This document shows positions 42,692 through 54,126 of a stretch of 64,000 nt of DNA, in pieces. The notes under the pieces are model-generated. The model saw nothing but the letters and a program-made list of their open reading frames with translations, had not been told where the DNA came from and searched no databases. Location of the stretch: positions 3,264,001 to 3,328,000 of the forward strand of contig CAVWLP010000002.1 of the NCBI GenBank assembly GCA_963755915.1, written 5' to 3'. Source of the stretch: an uncultured Phycisphaerales bacterium. GTDB lineage: Bacteria > Planctomycetota > Phycisphaerae > Tepidisphaerales > Tepidisphaeraceae. The position numbers were made by a program, and so were the translations under genes. Within the stretch, counting starts at the first letter, position 1. Each line of letters starts with the position of its first letter.

Positions 42692-43712
42692 ACCGCCAGC
42701 TATGAAGCCCGTCCCTTCGGTTGCCACTCGGCGCAACCAATGGCGGTCGCCAAGCGGCTCTGCCCACAGGCCATCATCTTGCCTGTGAGGATGGAGAGGT
42801 ATCACGCCGTCTCTGAGCAGATGTTCTCGATCCTCGACGAATTTTCGCCGGTGGTTGAACCCCTGAGCATCGACGAAGCCTTCCTCGACCTCGCGGGCAC
42901 AGAGCGAGGCGCTAGGCAAAGCGATGGATGTCGCCTGCAAGCTCAAGGGCCGCATCAAGTCAGACCTGAAGATCACAGCCTCAGTGGGAATTGCACCCAA
43001 CAAGTATCTTGCCAAGCTGGCTTCGGACATGAAGAAGCCCGATGGTCTGGTCCTCATCAGCCCAGACGACATCGACCGTGTCCTGCCGCCGTTGCCGGTG
43101 ACGAAACTCTGGGGCATCGGTACGGCAACGGCAGCACGGCTGGCACCGCTGGGCGTCAGGACCATCGCCGATCTGCGCAAGAAGCCCTTGGATTGGCTGG
43201 AGAAGCACCTCGGCTCTGAGGCAGAGCGGTATTTCTACCTTGCGCACGGAATCGACGATCGGCCTGTCGTTCCCGACCGAGAGGCCAAGAGCATTGGTCA
43301 CGAACAAACCTTTGAGATCAATATCGTCGATGTCGACGAAGTCCGGCGCGTGCTGTTGGATCAGGTGGAGCAGGTTGCCAGCCGTCTTCGCAAAAACCGT
43401 GTTCACGCCGGCGGGATCACGCTGAAGATCAGGTTCGGGCAGTTCAAGACGATCAGCCGGTCGATGACCCTCGGCGTTTCGACCGCCGCTACGAACGAGC
43501 TATGGCAGGCCGCACGACGCTTGTTCGACAATTGGTCATTCCAACCGGTACGACTCATCGGCGTTACCGCTGAACGGCTCACTCGGTTGGAGGGAGAGTC
43601 GGGGTTGTTTGCTGATCCCCAAAGGGAGAGGCAGAAGAAGCTTGATAAGGTGGCAGATCAAATCAACGAAAAGTTCGGAAAGAGAGCGATTCGGCGGGGT
43701 GGGGCGAGTTAA
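42692..43712 (+). pseudogene. dinB: DNA polymerase IV, 5'-truncated and frameshifted (~42915)
   Basis: Begins abruptly at [10 protein letters not shown]; has [33 protein letters not shown] and VRLIGV; the N-terminal catalytic D-x-D-x-F motif is missing. Confidence 0.88.
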
Positions 43713-43944
43713 GCGGTGAAGCGTTAACATCGGTTTTCTGCGGGTCGGCTAACGGTGGCGTGCCAATTACAAATAACGCTTCTGCAAAATCGCGAGTATC
43801 AACCGCGCTGATCGTGCGTTGGGATGTGCCGGGTGGTAAAGGCGAAGACTTTCGAGTGGCTTCGAGAGCGAGGGGACTTCTATCGTCGAATTTCCCCAGT
43901 CGTTTTGCCCGGCCGATTGGTTCAGGGCGAGTATACTCAATGCC

Positions 43945-44223
43945 ATGCCGTGCCTGATTCCAATTTTCGCGATCTTCTTTCCCCGTCTGGTGATGATTGG
44001 CATCGTGATCTTCACCAACTGGTTCAGCCTGGCCTTCGGAACGGTTATTTGGCCGATCCTGGGCTTCCTGTTCATGCCCTACACCACGCTGGCGTATATG
44101 GCGGCGATGCTGAGGAATCATCACTCCGTTGACGGAGGCTGGCTCGTGCTGGTGGTGGTCGCGGTGTTCGTCGACTTGGGTGGGCAAGGCGGCTCCGTGC
44201 GCCGCCGGCGAAGCCGGGACTGA
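43945..44223 (+). CDS. Small membrane protein
   Basis: 92 aa with three hydrophobic segments, FPRL and PYTTLAY motifs, and a basic tail. Confidence 0.75.
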   Translation: MPCLIPIFAIFFPRLVMIGIVIFTNWFSLAFGTVIWPILGFLFMPYTTLAYMAAMLRNHHSVDGGWLVLVVVAVFVDLGGQGGSVRRRRSRD

Positions 44224-44432
44224 CAAGCTGGGACGACGCTCCCTCGGCAATGGCGACACTTCCGCGAGGCAATTGGGAAACTACTTGATGATGAAACCCG
44301 TATTTCAAGCGGGATCTTATCCAGCCGGGGACTGGAGAATCAACTTCGGCGCTGCGATCAGGCGATCGAAGATCCGGATGGTTGGGTGAATAGGATTATG
44401 ACATTTTTCTGTGCGCGTGATTACTTAGCCCG

Positions 44433-47115
44433 TTATGTTTGAAAAATTGACAAGGCGGGAACCTCGGTTATTTCGCCAGGGTCGGACTCCGGTGCGCATG
44501 GCGGATTTGGCGGGTTTGGCGGCAGTGTATCCAATATACCAATTCGTATTGCAATGAATCGCTGCGATTTCCCACGATAGGTTCGCCGAACAGTAAGTTC
44601 GTCGCGGTTTTCATCTGCGATGATCATGCCCGCCTCGGCCAGCCGTTTTCGCAGTGTCGCAGCGGACACGTTCAGGCCGGCTCCGACGCTCCCACCCAAT
44701 CGTTGCGCTACGGCATAAGCTGCATCTGGATCTAGATATATGCTCTCACCGTCGACGAATCCTATCCACTCGCCGACAGGTCGTTGCTCGCCCTCCCCAT
44801 CAGCGTGCGACCACCCCATCTTTCCGGCGCCTGTGGCCTGCCACCCTGGCGATGAGTGAGGTGCGCTTTGCCGCCATTAAGCGCGCTTGTCATCAGTTCT
44901 ATAAATCGGCGTGCAGGCTCCTGCTCGACAACACCGGGGGCCTGTCTGGACGCCGCGGCTTCAAGTGCATCCCAAGCGCGTGTCCACAACCGGTCTCTCC
45001 ATTGCGGTGGAATTGCACCGAAATGAATCGCGAAATCGAGAAAATACTGAATGCCCAGAGCAAGATTCGCGACGATTTCGGGCGTGCGACGGTGGGAAGT
45101 ATCTCCGGTAACAGCATGTGCACAGCCTATCCAACTGTTGTCGAAAATTTGTTTGAATGTCGCCGTAGCGAGGAGCCAGCCATTGCTGGAACGCCGCCAT
45201 CGTTCCCGAATAGAGACCAGAAGAAGCATCGGCTTGGCACGCGGTCAAACGGTCACTCGAAATTTCGCGGGGGGATATCTCAATCACGAAGGTTCGGGCT
45301 CGAATACTCTGCCCACGGGGAATATCTTCCCCCGTTGACATCATGAGTCCACGCGGTGGTCTTGCGGGACGCAGACTGCCATCGGAACGCATGCGCCCCC
45401 GTCCCGTGCGATTACCTTGTGCGCGAATTACGCGATCGGCGCTGATGATAACGGGCCACATCGTACTGACTGCCGCACGGCGCAAAATCATCCACTACGA
45501 CGATTGCATCTTTCGCGCAGAAAAGTAGTCCCTCGATAGCGTTGTCGGTCGAATGCCAGCCGGTCGGGAGATGTCGCGAGTCAAACTCGCGTCCGAAGTG
45601 CTGCTGGATCAATGCCGCCACCTCAGATTTGAAGACACCGGTAGGACCCGCTAAATGGATCGTGAAGTCGCTGGGGGCAAGCACTGATCGCCAGATCGAT
45701 GCGAAAAGAGGCAACATGATTTCCATCGGGGCGAGGCGTAATAGCCGAAGGGTGGCCCGGATGCATTGGACCAACTCGGAACCCGTGGGCGGCGCTGGCA
45801 GCACAAACCTAGAAAGCGAATCGTGAAGCTCGACACGGACACTAGGGATTTGGCCTTCGTTGCCGATCGCGCCACCCGCGTGAAGATATGCCCATCCGCT
45901 AGGCAATTCACGCCAGCCCGTGTGCGTATAGATGTGTATCTGGGGAATAGGTCGTGGAGACGTCAGCTGGATTGCGGCGCGGGCGCGGTCACGCAAACCA
46001 AGTCCGGGATATACTACTGCCTCCGCTCCCAATTTCTGAGCAGGCCAGAGCATCGCACCGAAATCCGCAGCGTGCACCGAGCTAGTCACCTGTCTACCTC
46101 CCACGACGGTCCTTACGTCGTACGCTCGGACAATATCGCCGGATCCATCGTCGCGGAAATTATCGGCGACTATTACCGCGTCGAAGTTAGTCAGCGGGAC
46201 CAAGATCGCGCCGTGCCGTCCGGGCTTCCACCAGGCCACGCCTTCATCCGTACGCTCGTATTCCGGAGTATCTGTATCGGCGTCGTCGGTATATCGGGCG
46301 ACCGAGTTGGCGATCGAAAGAACCTCCTCGACGGGCAGTGGAGGTCGGCATCTCGCCTCATTCTCTGCAGTGAGCGCAGCCAATATCGCAGCATGCGACA
46401 TGCCGCGGTGCACCATACTCCCTGCTAGACTGGCTAATGTCTGATTGCGCCTTTCCTCAGGAATTATGATGTCGCTATCTTCGTTTCCAGTCGGGATCGG
46501 GACCGATGGACGTTCTGCTCGGCGCGGTATTTGCTGCCTCAATTCATCCAGAGAGTATCGCCGTTGTGAATCGCAACTTACAAGCTCACACGGTGCGGGC
46601 GGATCCTTGTGATTGAGGAATCCGGGCAAACGCAATATACGCGCGGGATCGTGCAGCGGATCGGACGACAGAAGCGCAGCCAAATCACGCTGAAGGTCAC
46701 GCCAGGTTTCCAGTTCTTCGATAGCGACGGTGAAAATCCAATAGGCATGCGCGCCGTGGCCGCTCGCAACCAAAATGGTAGGCTCCGGCAGCCGGGCAGC
46801 ACATATTCTGTTTCGCGCCTCTTCAACGGTCGTGTTGTCAAAATCGGCAAAAATACAGCGAGCGCAATTCACATCAGCGTTGGTTCGGCCATGCCGTGAT
46901 CGTGGATTCACCCCCGCATAAATGTTCTGGCCAGCATCGTTTTCGAGTTCTAGTGCGGTAGCGATCGTGTGTATCTGCGAAGCCGGCAACCATCTTGAAG
47001 ACCCCGACGGAAGCGATCTAATCTCTATGAGGTCTTCCGGGGCCCAAATCGCACCGCTGAATATGCGGACGATTTCCGTTGCGGGATACTGAGCCGAGAA
47101 GTACGATGTAATCAT
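44433..47115 (-). pseudogene. Primase-helicase of a mobile element (RepB-primase/AEP, PriCT-1, DUF927-like P-loop), about 3 frameshifts
   Basis: FADFD, SGHGAHAYW, DPARILRLPG; RNQTLASLAGSM...CRPPLPVEEV; GPTGVFKS, VVDDF, MSTGEDIP; continues through ORFs 44961-45491, 44762-45229 and 44433-44819. Confidence 0.8.
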
Positions 47116-47171
47116 AGTCGATTCCTTTCATTGACACGGCGGCGGGAATGCCAGTTCCCGCCGTCGCTGGT

Positions 47172-47510
47172 TTAAAGTCCTTCCTGTTTCAGCCGTTTTT
47201 GCGTTGCGATGGTTCTTCGCTGAGCTGCTCGTGGGGTCGTGTGTGTCCTCTCTCTACGCGCGGGATTCGGATCCCCCAGAGCCTCAAAGAAATCCCTGAG
47301 CCAGGTTTCCGTGGTACACAATGTCCCCCCACACCGAACACTACGCAGACGTATGCCCCGCGATCCACGTAGGCACCACCGCCAGAGGGTCGACATATGA
47401 ATTCTCGCGCCGCCTCGACGAGCTGGAAGCCACGAGAGTGCAGGTACGTCCCCGAGTCGGATTAGCCGGTCATCGCCGGCGGTATCGATGATGTGCGTAC
47501 TCATGCACAC
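47172..47510 (-). CDS. DUF1580-like HTH protein (excisionase-like)
   Basis: IHMSTLWRWCLRGSRGIRLRSVRCGGTLCTTETWLRDFF, typical of planctomycete integrative elements. Confidence 0.8.
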   Translation of the reverse strand: MCMSTHIIDTAGDDRLIRLGDVPALSWLPARRGGARIHMSTLWRWCLRGSRGIRLRSVRCGGTLCTTETWLRDFFEALGDPNPARRERTHTTPRAAQRRTIATQKRLKQEGL

Positions 47511-47614
47511 TTCTATAGCAGGATTCTTGTGGCGGAAATTTCGTGGAATTCCCCAGAATTGAAATGTGCGGAAAATCTGTAGTTCTTTTTATTTTTTGCG
47601 GAAACATCTCAGAA

Positions 47615-48460
47615 TTATTGAAGGCCGTCGCGTTTTTTCCGCATGCCGAATTCGCGCTCTTTAGCTTTACCTTGTTGGATTTCTTCGACTGTAGGATCGA
47701 CCTCTAACGCGCGGATTGCGGCGCACCTGTCAATTTGATTAGAACTGTTGTCGAGACCTATTTTTTTCATCGCCTCGATCACCTTCAGGAACGATTGGGA
47801 TCGGATCAGCTTCCCCGTCTTGTCCCTTACCCAAGGAAACTTCTTACGAATCACGTCGAGGTGGTGACGACGTTTGCGTGGATCCGAAGAAAAAGGCACA
47901 AGATGCGGAAGACAGTCTCGCGGTTTCCAAAGTTGTTCTGTTTGTGCGTTTGAAGGATGGGGGTGAGCTGGCGCATCTCCCGCGTCTTTGCCGGGATCAG
48001 TATCAGGTTTCCGCACCTGAGCCATTCCTGGAGGGATTAAGCGCAACTGAGCCAATGCTTGATCCAGGAGATGCTCCGTTTCCCTTGCTTCGGCGTGATG
48101 AAGTTCCGGACTTGCCTTGATAAGGGCGGCAATACGAAAGAGCTGCTTCTCGACGGACTGCAAACATTGAACGCGATCTGGTGAATCGAGATTCAAAGAC
48201 CGCTTCAAACGGTCGAGCGTCGCAAGGCATTTTGGAAGTAGCCGGTTAATACGTTGAATGGCATTCGCTCTCACTTCGTGGCAATCGCGGCCGCGATAAT
48301 ATTGTGACTTATACCCCCAACCGGTATTGGGATACCCCCGAGCGATTTCATGGTTCGCGTCAAGCATGGCACCGAGGTATTTCTGCAATGCCAAAAGGTT
48401 TCGGAATGATAAGGTCATGATTTTCAACTTTGCGGACAATTGTAAGGACATCGGGTACAC
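47615..48460 (-). CDS. Hypothetical protein of the integrative element
   Basis: 281-aa ORF between the integrase and the DUF1580-like gene; start uncertain. Confidence 0.5.
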   Translation of the reverse strand: MYPMSLQLSAKLKIMTLSFRNLLALQKYLGAMLDANHEIARGYPNTGWGYKSQYYRGRDCHEVRANAIQRINRLLPKCLATLDRLKRSLNLDSPDRVQCLQSVEKQLFRIAALIKASPELHHAEARETEHLLDQALAQLRLIPPGMAQVRKPDTDPGKDAGDAPAHPHPSNAQTEQLWKPRDCLPHLVPFSSDPRKRRHHLDVIRKKFPWVRDKTGKLIRSQSFLKVIEAMKKIGLDNSSNQIDRCAAIRALEVDPTVEEIQQGKAKEREFGMRKKRDGLQ

Positions 48461-48483
48461 AGCATCGTTGAATTTCTCTCCTA

Positions 48484-49708
48484 TTATCCAATCTGCGCCG
48501 CTACTCGTCGTGCGGCCTCAGCATCCCGCTCCGCGTAGATTTCCGTGGCAGTTAGAGTAGCGTGGCCGAGCACATGCTGAGCCGCCTCAATCCCAAATCG
48601 TTTGCGGATCTCAGTCGCCGTCGCGTGCCTGATCTGATGAGGATGTCATCGTGGTATAATCCGTTCGTCGTTGCCAATTACCTTCCCACCTTTGGCCCAA
48701 AGATCGGCTCCGTCGGCAGCTCGCGTGATCGCGCGGCGATATGATGCCACGGTGTAGGATTCCTGTGGCTTGCGTTTTGGCCTTCGTTTGACGTTTCTGC
48801 CCGGATTGTTGCCACAATTCATCGGGGTCTTTCGCTCCGCGCTTCGCCGCTGAAGAACTTCGGCAACGGCATCGGCAGGGGAAAACACGAACGTTTCGGG
48901 GTCCAACTTTCGTAGAAAGGGGAGAAGCATTTCTTGTCCCTGGGGCCCGATGTATATTGCCCTATGGTGCCCATAGTGCACGGTTTTGTGCGACGCCGGA
49001 ACATACGCCCATTCGGGGGCTGAGCGGTCGATTTGCCCAATGCGCATTGAACAAATTTCGCCGGCGCGCGCCGGTGAGTCGCTGAATTTGGACCATCGCC
49101 GCTGTAACCTTCGTGAGGTGGGGAAGTGTCGCTTCAATCACCTCATCGGAAACAGGCCTGACTGGCTCAGATTCCCGGGCTTGACTCCTACCGGCGCGTA
49201 AACCGCTCACAGCTTGTAACCCAAGGTATATCGTCAGAGGGATGAGTTCTTTGGCGACCGCCCATTTGAATAGGGCTTTGATCCGACCGATCTGCATATT
49301 GATCGTGGATCTGCACCAGCCGATTTCGATCATTCCATGTCGGACGGTATCAAGCGCGAGAGGGCCAAAATCGCAGGCATTTATTAGTCCATAGAGGCGG
49401 TTGAGTTGATGAAGAGCGGATTTGATCGGATAAAGTTCCGACGTCGGCGTTCCGTCTGGGTGCCGGTAATACTCTTTAGCGTACTGCCAATAGCGTTCGA
49501 TTAGCTCTGCGATTGATAGGGGGTTGTGCGAAGCGGGAAATCGGCGACCTGCGGCCAGCCATTCCGCTATGATCCGATCGTACTCATCAAAGGATGCCTT
49601 GGACTTCCAGGGTCCGAGATAGAAATCTCGGCCGTCGATAGTGACCACAGCCTGACCGGAAGCTTTGTGTCTGGAATAACGAGGATTATGCTTAATGCAG
49701 CGGGGCAT
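48484..49708 (-). pseudogene. Tyrosine recombinase/integrase with a frameshift (~49070) and an in-frame TGA (48646-48648)
   Basis: HKASGQAVVTIDGRDFYLG, LTGAR/GEI, HKT, then past the stop HPHQIRH...LGH...TEIYAE. Confidence 0.9.
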
Positions 49709-49826
49709 GTGCGATCACGTCCTTTCCGGAAAAACCGTATCTACGGTTTTTTCACCAGGATTCCGTGCCGCACTGCCGACCTCCGGCAGGTACGCTACTT
49801 CAACGTTCGGCAGAATTTACTTCCAA

Positions 49827-49902
49827 TCGGGGCGACAGGATTCGAACCTGCGACCTCTTGACCCCCAGTCAAGCGTTCTAGGCCAAACTGAACTACGCCC
49901 CG
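49827..49902 (-). tRNA. tRNA-Pro(GGG)
   Basis: CGGGGCG acceptor stem, anticodon arm CTTGA-CTGGGGG-TCAAG, T arm GCAGG-TTCGAAT-CCTGT, discriminator A, CCA not encoded. Confidence 0.95.
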
Positions 49903-50023
49903 GAATTACCGCACCCTACTTCCCCCGGCCCCCTGCGTCAACGCCAACGCCTGCAACCGGCAACTTGCCACTTCGCCACCTTGCCTTGCCGCTCAACATT
50001 GCTAATTTACCCCTCTCTAAACT

Positions 50024-51295
50024 ATGACGGTTTTAATCATTGGTAGTGGGGGTCGCGAACATGCCTTGGCCTGGAAGCTTGCCGGCTCCACGCAAGTGAC
50101 CGATCTATTTTGCATCCCCGGAAACCCCGGCATCGCCGAACTCGCAGACTGCTTCCCCATCTCCGTCACCGATTTCCCTTCCATCGAAAAATTCGTCCGC
50201 AACAACGCCGTCGATCTCGTCGTCATCGGCCCGGAAGATCCCCTCGCCCTCGGCCTCGCCGACCGGCTGCGCGACATGGGCGTGATCGTCTTCGGGCCAA
50301 ACAAAGCCGGCGCCCAGATCGAATCCGATAAGTGGTTCGCCAAGGAAATTATGCGCCATCAGTCCATCCCCACTGCCGAGGCGCGCGTCTTCATCGACCC
50401 CGATCAGGCCGACCAATACGTCAAAGTCCGCGACGAACCCCTCGTCATCAAAGCCTCCGGCCTCGCCAAGGGAAAAGGCGTTTCCGTCTGCTATCGCCCC
50501 TCCGATGCCCTGGAAGCCATCGACGCCATCATGCGCAAAAAGCGGTTCGGCGAAGCCGGGAAACGTATCGTCATCGAGGAACTCCTCGTCGGTCCCGAAT
50601 GCTCCGTCATGGCACTCGTCCAAAAACGCACGATCTACCTCCTCGAAACCGCCCAGGACCACAAAACCATCGACGACGGCGACACCGGCCCCATGACCGG
50701 CGGCATGGGCGCCTATTCCCCCACCCCCGTCGTTACCGAAGAAGTCCTCAAGCAAATCGAGCGTGACATCTTCGTCCCCGTCGTCGACGGAATGCTCCGC
50801 GAGGGAATCGAATATCAGGGTTGCCTCTACGCCGGCCTGATGATCACCGCCAACGGCCCCAAGGTGCTGGAATTCAATTGCCGCTTCGGCGACCCCGAAT
50901 GCCAGCCCCTCATGATGCGCCTCAAAACCGATCTCGTCGAAGTCATGACCGCCATGTCCGAAGGCAAGCTCGATCAGGTCGCGCTTGATTGGGATCCGCG
51001 CCCCGCCATGTGCGTCGTCGTCACCAGCAAAGGCTACCCCGGCGAATACCCCACCGGCCTCCCCATCACCGGCATCGCCGACGCCGACGCCATGCCGGAT
51101 GTCAAAGTCTTTCACAGCGGTACAAAATTAAAAGACGGCAAAGTCGTCACCGACGGCGGCCGCGTCCTGGGCATCACCGCCCTGGGCAAAAATATCGCCG
51201 ACGTACGCAAACGCGTTTATCTCGCCATCCAAAAAATTCATTTTGACGGAATGCACTATCGCAAGGATATTGGTCACCAGGCTCTATCAACCTAA
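50024..51295 (+). CDS. purD: Phosphoribosylamine--glycine ligase
   Basis: GSGGREHALAW, GPEDPL, GLAKGKGV, QDHK, TGGMGAYSP, EFNCRFGDPE, GGRVL. Confidence 0.97.
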   Translation: MTVLIIGSGGREHALAWKLAGSTQVTDLFCIPGNPGIAELADCFPISVTDFPSIEKFVRNNAVDLVVIGPEDPLALGLADRLRDMGVIVFGPNKAGAQIESDKWFAKEIMRHQSIPTAEARVFIDPDQADQYVKVRDEPLVIKASGLAKGKGVSVCYRPSDALEAIDAIMRKKRFGEAGKRIVIEELLVGPECSVMALVQKRTIYLLETAQDHKTIDDGDTGPMTGGMGAYSPTPVVTEEVLKQIERDIFVPVVDGMLREGIEYQGCLYAGLMITANGPKVLEFNCRFGDPECQPLMMRLKTDLVEVMTAMSEGKLDQVALDWDPRPAMCVVVTSKGYPGEYPTGLPITGIADADAMPDVKVFHSGTKLKDGKVVTDGGRVLGITALGKNIADVRKRVYLAIQKIHFDGMHYRKDIGHQALST

Positions 51296-51307
51296 AGGGA
51301 GAGAATC

Positions 51308-52015
51308 ATGAAAATGGGGTCAAAGTGGGCAATCGCGCTGATCGTCCCGATGGCGCTGTGCGTCTCGGCCATCACCGCCGAGGCCAAATACGTCAAAGCT
51401 GACGATTTCGATTTCAAAACACTGCTCGGGCCGCCGCCTGCACTTGATTCCCAGCAACAAAAAGACGAAATCACCGCAATGCTCAAACTCCAGGCCGCCC
51501 GCTCCTCCGATGACTCCAAGCGCGTTATGGCCGAGGCCAAGTTCACCCCCTTTGTTTTCTCGCAGGAATTGGGTTCCTGGTTCAACCCCGACGATCTTCC
51601 TCAAACTGCCGCCTTTCTCGTGAAGGTCAACAAAGAAGCCGGGGAAGTCTGCGCCGCGGGGAAGTTAATCTTCCAGCGTCCGCGCCCGTTCCTCACCGAC
51701 CCCAGGATCCACCCCTGCGTGGAAAACGAAAAAACCTTCTCTTACCCCAGCTCCCACTCCACCCGGGCCATGACATTAGCCCTGACTTTGTCGCTGATGT
51801 TCCCCGACCACAAGGACGCCCTGATTGCCCACGGCAAACTGATCGGCGACGACCGCGTGGTCGCCGGCCAGCATTTCCCCAGCGACGTCGCCGCCGGACG
51901 CATTCTCGCTAAGGCAATCTTCGAAAAAATGCAAAAAGACGACGATTTCCAGGCCGATTTCGCGAAAGCCAAGGCCGAATGCCTGGCCAAGGAAAAACAA
52001 CCCGCGACGCCCTGA
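51308..52015 (+). CDS. Secreted PAP2-family (class A non-specific) acid phosphatase
   Basis: KLIFQRPRP, SYPSSH, RVVAGQHFPSDV motifs and a signal peptide. Confidence 0.9.
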   Translation: MKMGSKWAIALIVPMALCVSAITAEAKYVKADDFDFKTLLGPPPALDSQQQKDEITAMLKLQAARSSDDSKRVMAEAKFTPFVFSQELGSWFNPDDLPQTAAFLVKVNKEAGEVCAAGKLIFQRPRPFLTDPRIHPCVENEKTFSYPSSHSTRAMTLALTLSLMFPDHKDALIAHGKLIGDDRVVAGQHFPSDVAAGRILAKAIFEKMQKDDDFQADFAKAKAECLAKEKQPATP

Positions 52016-52022
52016 TCCGCTT

Positions 52023-52733
52023 TCACCGCAATCCCGATCTCAACCTCGCAAAATATCCCCTCGACGTGCCCGTCGACAGCACAATCAAAAGCGCCACCGG
52101 ATAAACCAGCGAAATCGCCGCCATAATCACCGCTTCCACCGTCGCCATCGTGTTGGCAAAACTCGCAGGCGATCCTGGCCCTCCGGTCGTGACGAACATC
52201 CCGCTCATCATACCCGTGTAGATCCACCACGTCGCAATTGCCGCCACGATTACCAGCGGAATTTTCATCGCGACGTAAATCCGGTGCAGCCGATCCGCCC
52301 GCGGCGAATCCCGCAGCATCATGCTCCCGGCGACAATCAGCAGGACCGCGGCACAAACGCTCAATCCCGATTCCACGATCGTCAGCACCGAAGCCCCGCG
52401 CGCCACGTTAAACTGAAACGCCGGCACTGGCGTTGCCACCGCCGTCGCAGCGCCGGGAGCGCTTGTTGCCGTCGTCCCCACGCCCGTCCCCGCCGGCATC
52501 GTCGTCGCCACCGGCACTGCCATCGTCAGGTGCATATGCGCCATTGCGATATACATGATCCCCGACGCAATCCCCGCCAGGCTCGCCAGCGCGCTTAAAG
52601 CTCCCACGACAATGCTGATGACCCCCACAGCCGTCAGAATCCCCGGCCGCGCCGCTATCGGCTGCGCATACCCCAGCGGCTCATAAGGCGGCGGATATCC
52701 ACTCGGTGGTTGCGACATGTCTACCAGGCCCAA
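52023..52733 (-). CDS. Hypothetical membrane protein
   Basis: Pro-rich N-terminus, RPGILTAVGVISIV, four hydrophobic segments. Confidence 0.75.
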   Translation of the reverse strand: MGLVDMSQPPSGYPPPYEPLGYAQPIAARPGILTAVGVISIVVGALSALASLAGIASGIMYIAMAHMHLTMAVPVATTMPAGTGVGTTATSAPGAATAVATPVPAFQFNVARGASVLTIVESGLSVCAAVLLIVAGSMMLRDSPRADRLHRIYVAMKIPLVIVAAIATWWIYTGMMSGMFVTTGGPGSPASFANTMATVEAVIMAAISLVYPVALLIVLSTGTSRGYFARLRSGLR

Positions 52734-53214
52734 ATCCTACACGATTCAATCCGCGACCGAGAAATGTCTCACCGCCGAACACCACCACTCCCCCAACGTG
52801 TTCGGTACCTAAACCGCATCCTTTTCCCCCGACGTGGCTGGCTGGCGTACTCGCGGGCACGAACAAATCACGTCGTCGGGCCGCCGGCATAGAAATGACA
52901 ATGTCCTGTTTTCTCGTCAATACCGAAATAAACGGATAAACCAACTTATCGGCAAAGTTGACAACAATTGTCCAGGTTGCGGTAAATAACTGACTGGCTC
53001 TGCAAAAATCGCGTATTGCGTAGCTTTTCGGCGGATCCGGCCACGCATTTTCCCGTTCGACTTTTCAGAAAAAATCTTGATTTCTCCCACACCTTTCAAT
53101 TAGCATCCGCCTTCGTCCTTTCTTGGCAAATTTGCGTGCCAATTCGTAATTCTTTCCGTTCCGCCGGCGCGGAAATCCGCGCGGGTGGACGTCAAAAAAA
53201 GTGGGAGCAACAAA

Positions 53215-53970
53215 ATGCGCAATCTGACCATTGGAATCGCTTCGGTTCTGTCCTTGGTTCTGGCGTCCCGGACAATGGCGCTGACCACGGCATTTGTTGA
53301 TTTTGAAACGAATCCCCCAATCGCAGCGGGTCCTAGCGAGTTCTCCCTTGCCGGGCCTATGCAAACGATCGTCGTTCCGGGCGTCGCGACCTTCGCCGGC
53401 GGAGTCGTTCTCGGAGACGAAACGAATCTCCCGGCCTTGTCGTACGGAACCCCTCCCAACGTCTACGCCACCGCCTCAACCTCTGTGGTCCCCAAGGCCA
53501 GTGCAACGCTTGATTCATCGATGACGGTAACGATTGTCCCCACCTATACTGTGGACGAAATCAGCTTTCCGTTGTTCAACGGCATGCAGGCTATCGAGTC
53601 TTATACCATCGACGCGTTCGACGGCTCCAACCAGGTTGGCCAGCAGGTCCTGAGTGATCTTGCGGCCAATAACAGCAGCGGTCACGGGCTCGTTGATTTG
53701 AAGGGCACGGACATTACGAGCGTGACCATTACTCCCAGCGTTCTCTCGGCGGGATGGGATTTCTCGATCGACTCCGTCGCGTTCAACGAACCGGTCAGTG
53801 ACGCGATCACGCCCAGCGGTGCGCCGATCACCCCTGGCACCCCTGGCGGCAATCCTGGCACTGGTTCCGCGGTTCCCCTGCCGCCGGCCGTTTGGTCAGT
53901 CGCCGCGATGCTGTCCGGCCTCGGCGCTCTCTCCCTCGTGCTATCGCGCAGGCGTCATCAAATGGCATGA
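53215..53970 (+). CDS. Surface protein with a VPLP-type (PEP-CTERM-like) sorting signal
   Basis: Signal peptide, Pro/Gly linker, VPLPPAVW, TM segment, RRRH. Confidence 0.85.
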   Translation: MRNLTIGIASVLSLVLASRTMALTTAFVDFETNPPIAAGPSEFSLAGPMQTIVVPGVATFAGGVVLGDETNLPALSYGTPPNVYATASTSVVPKASATLDSSMTVTIVPTYTVDEISFPLFNGMQAIESYTIDAFDGSNQVGQQVLSDLAANNSSGHGLVDLKGTDITSVTITPSVLSAGWDFSIDSVAFNEPVSDAITPSGAPITPGTPGGNPGTGSAVPLPPAVWSVAAMLSGLGALSLVLSRRRHQMA

Positions 53971-54126
53971 GGCGAAAAAAATAACCGCACAGCCCTGAAT
54001 TAATCCGCCGCGCTTTCCCTATTTCGCACCCGTGTAGCCGGCGAGCTTGACTTTGGCGAGCCCGGTCGAGCCGCTCGCCGCTCTCCTCGTTGTCATCTCC
54101 GGCGCAAACCGGTACGTACAGAACGA

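Larger units (their letters stand above)
44433..49826 (-). mobile_element. Integrative (satellite/PICI-like) element at the 3' end of tRNA-Pro; distal boundary not found
   Basis: Gene order tRNA, integrase, hypothetical, DUF1580-like, primase-helicase; no structural or conjugation genes. Confidence 0.7.

Noticed and set aside
45726-45735. ATCGGGGCGA match to the tRNA-Pro 3' end as a possible att site
   Set aside because: Only 10 bp and inside the primase-helicase coding region; likely chance.
50105-51115. Long antisense ORFs, e.g. opposite purD, 24387-25529, 19136-20182, 6694-7683
   Set aside because: Typical antisense shadows of GC-rich genes, with no motifs.
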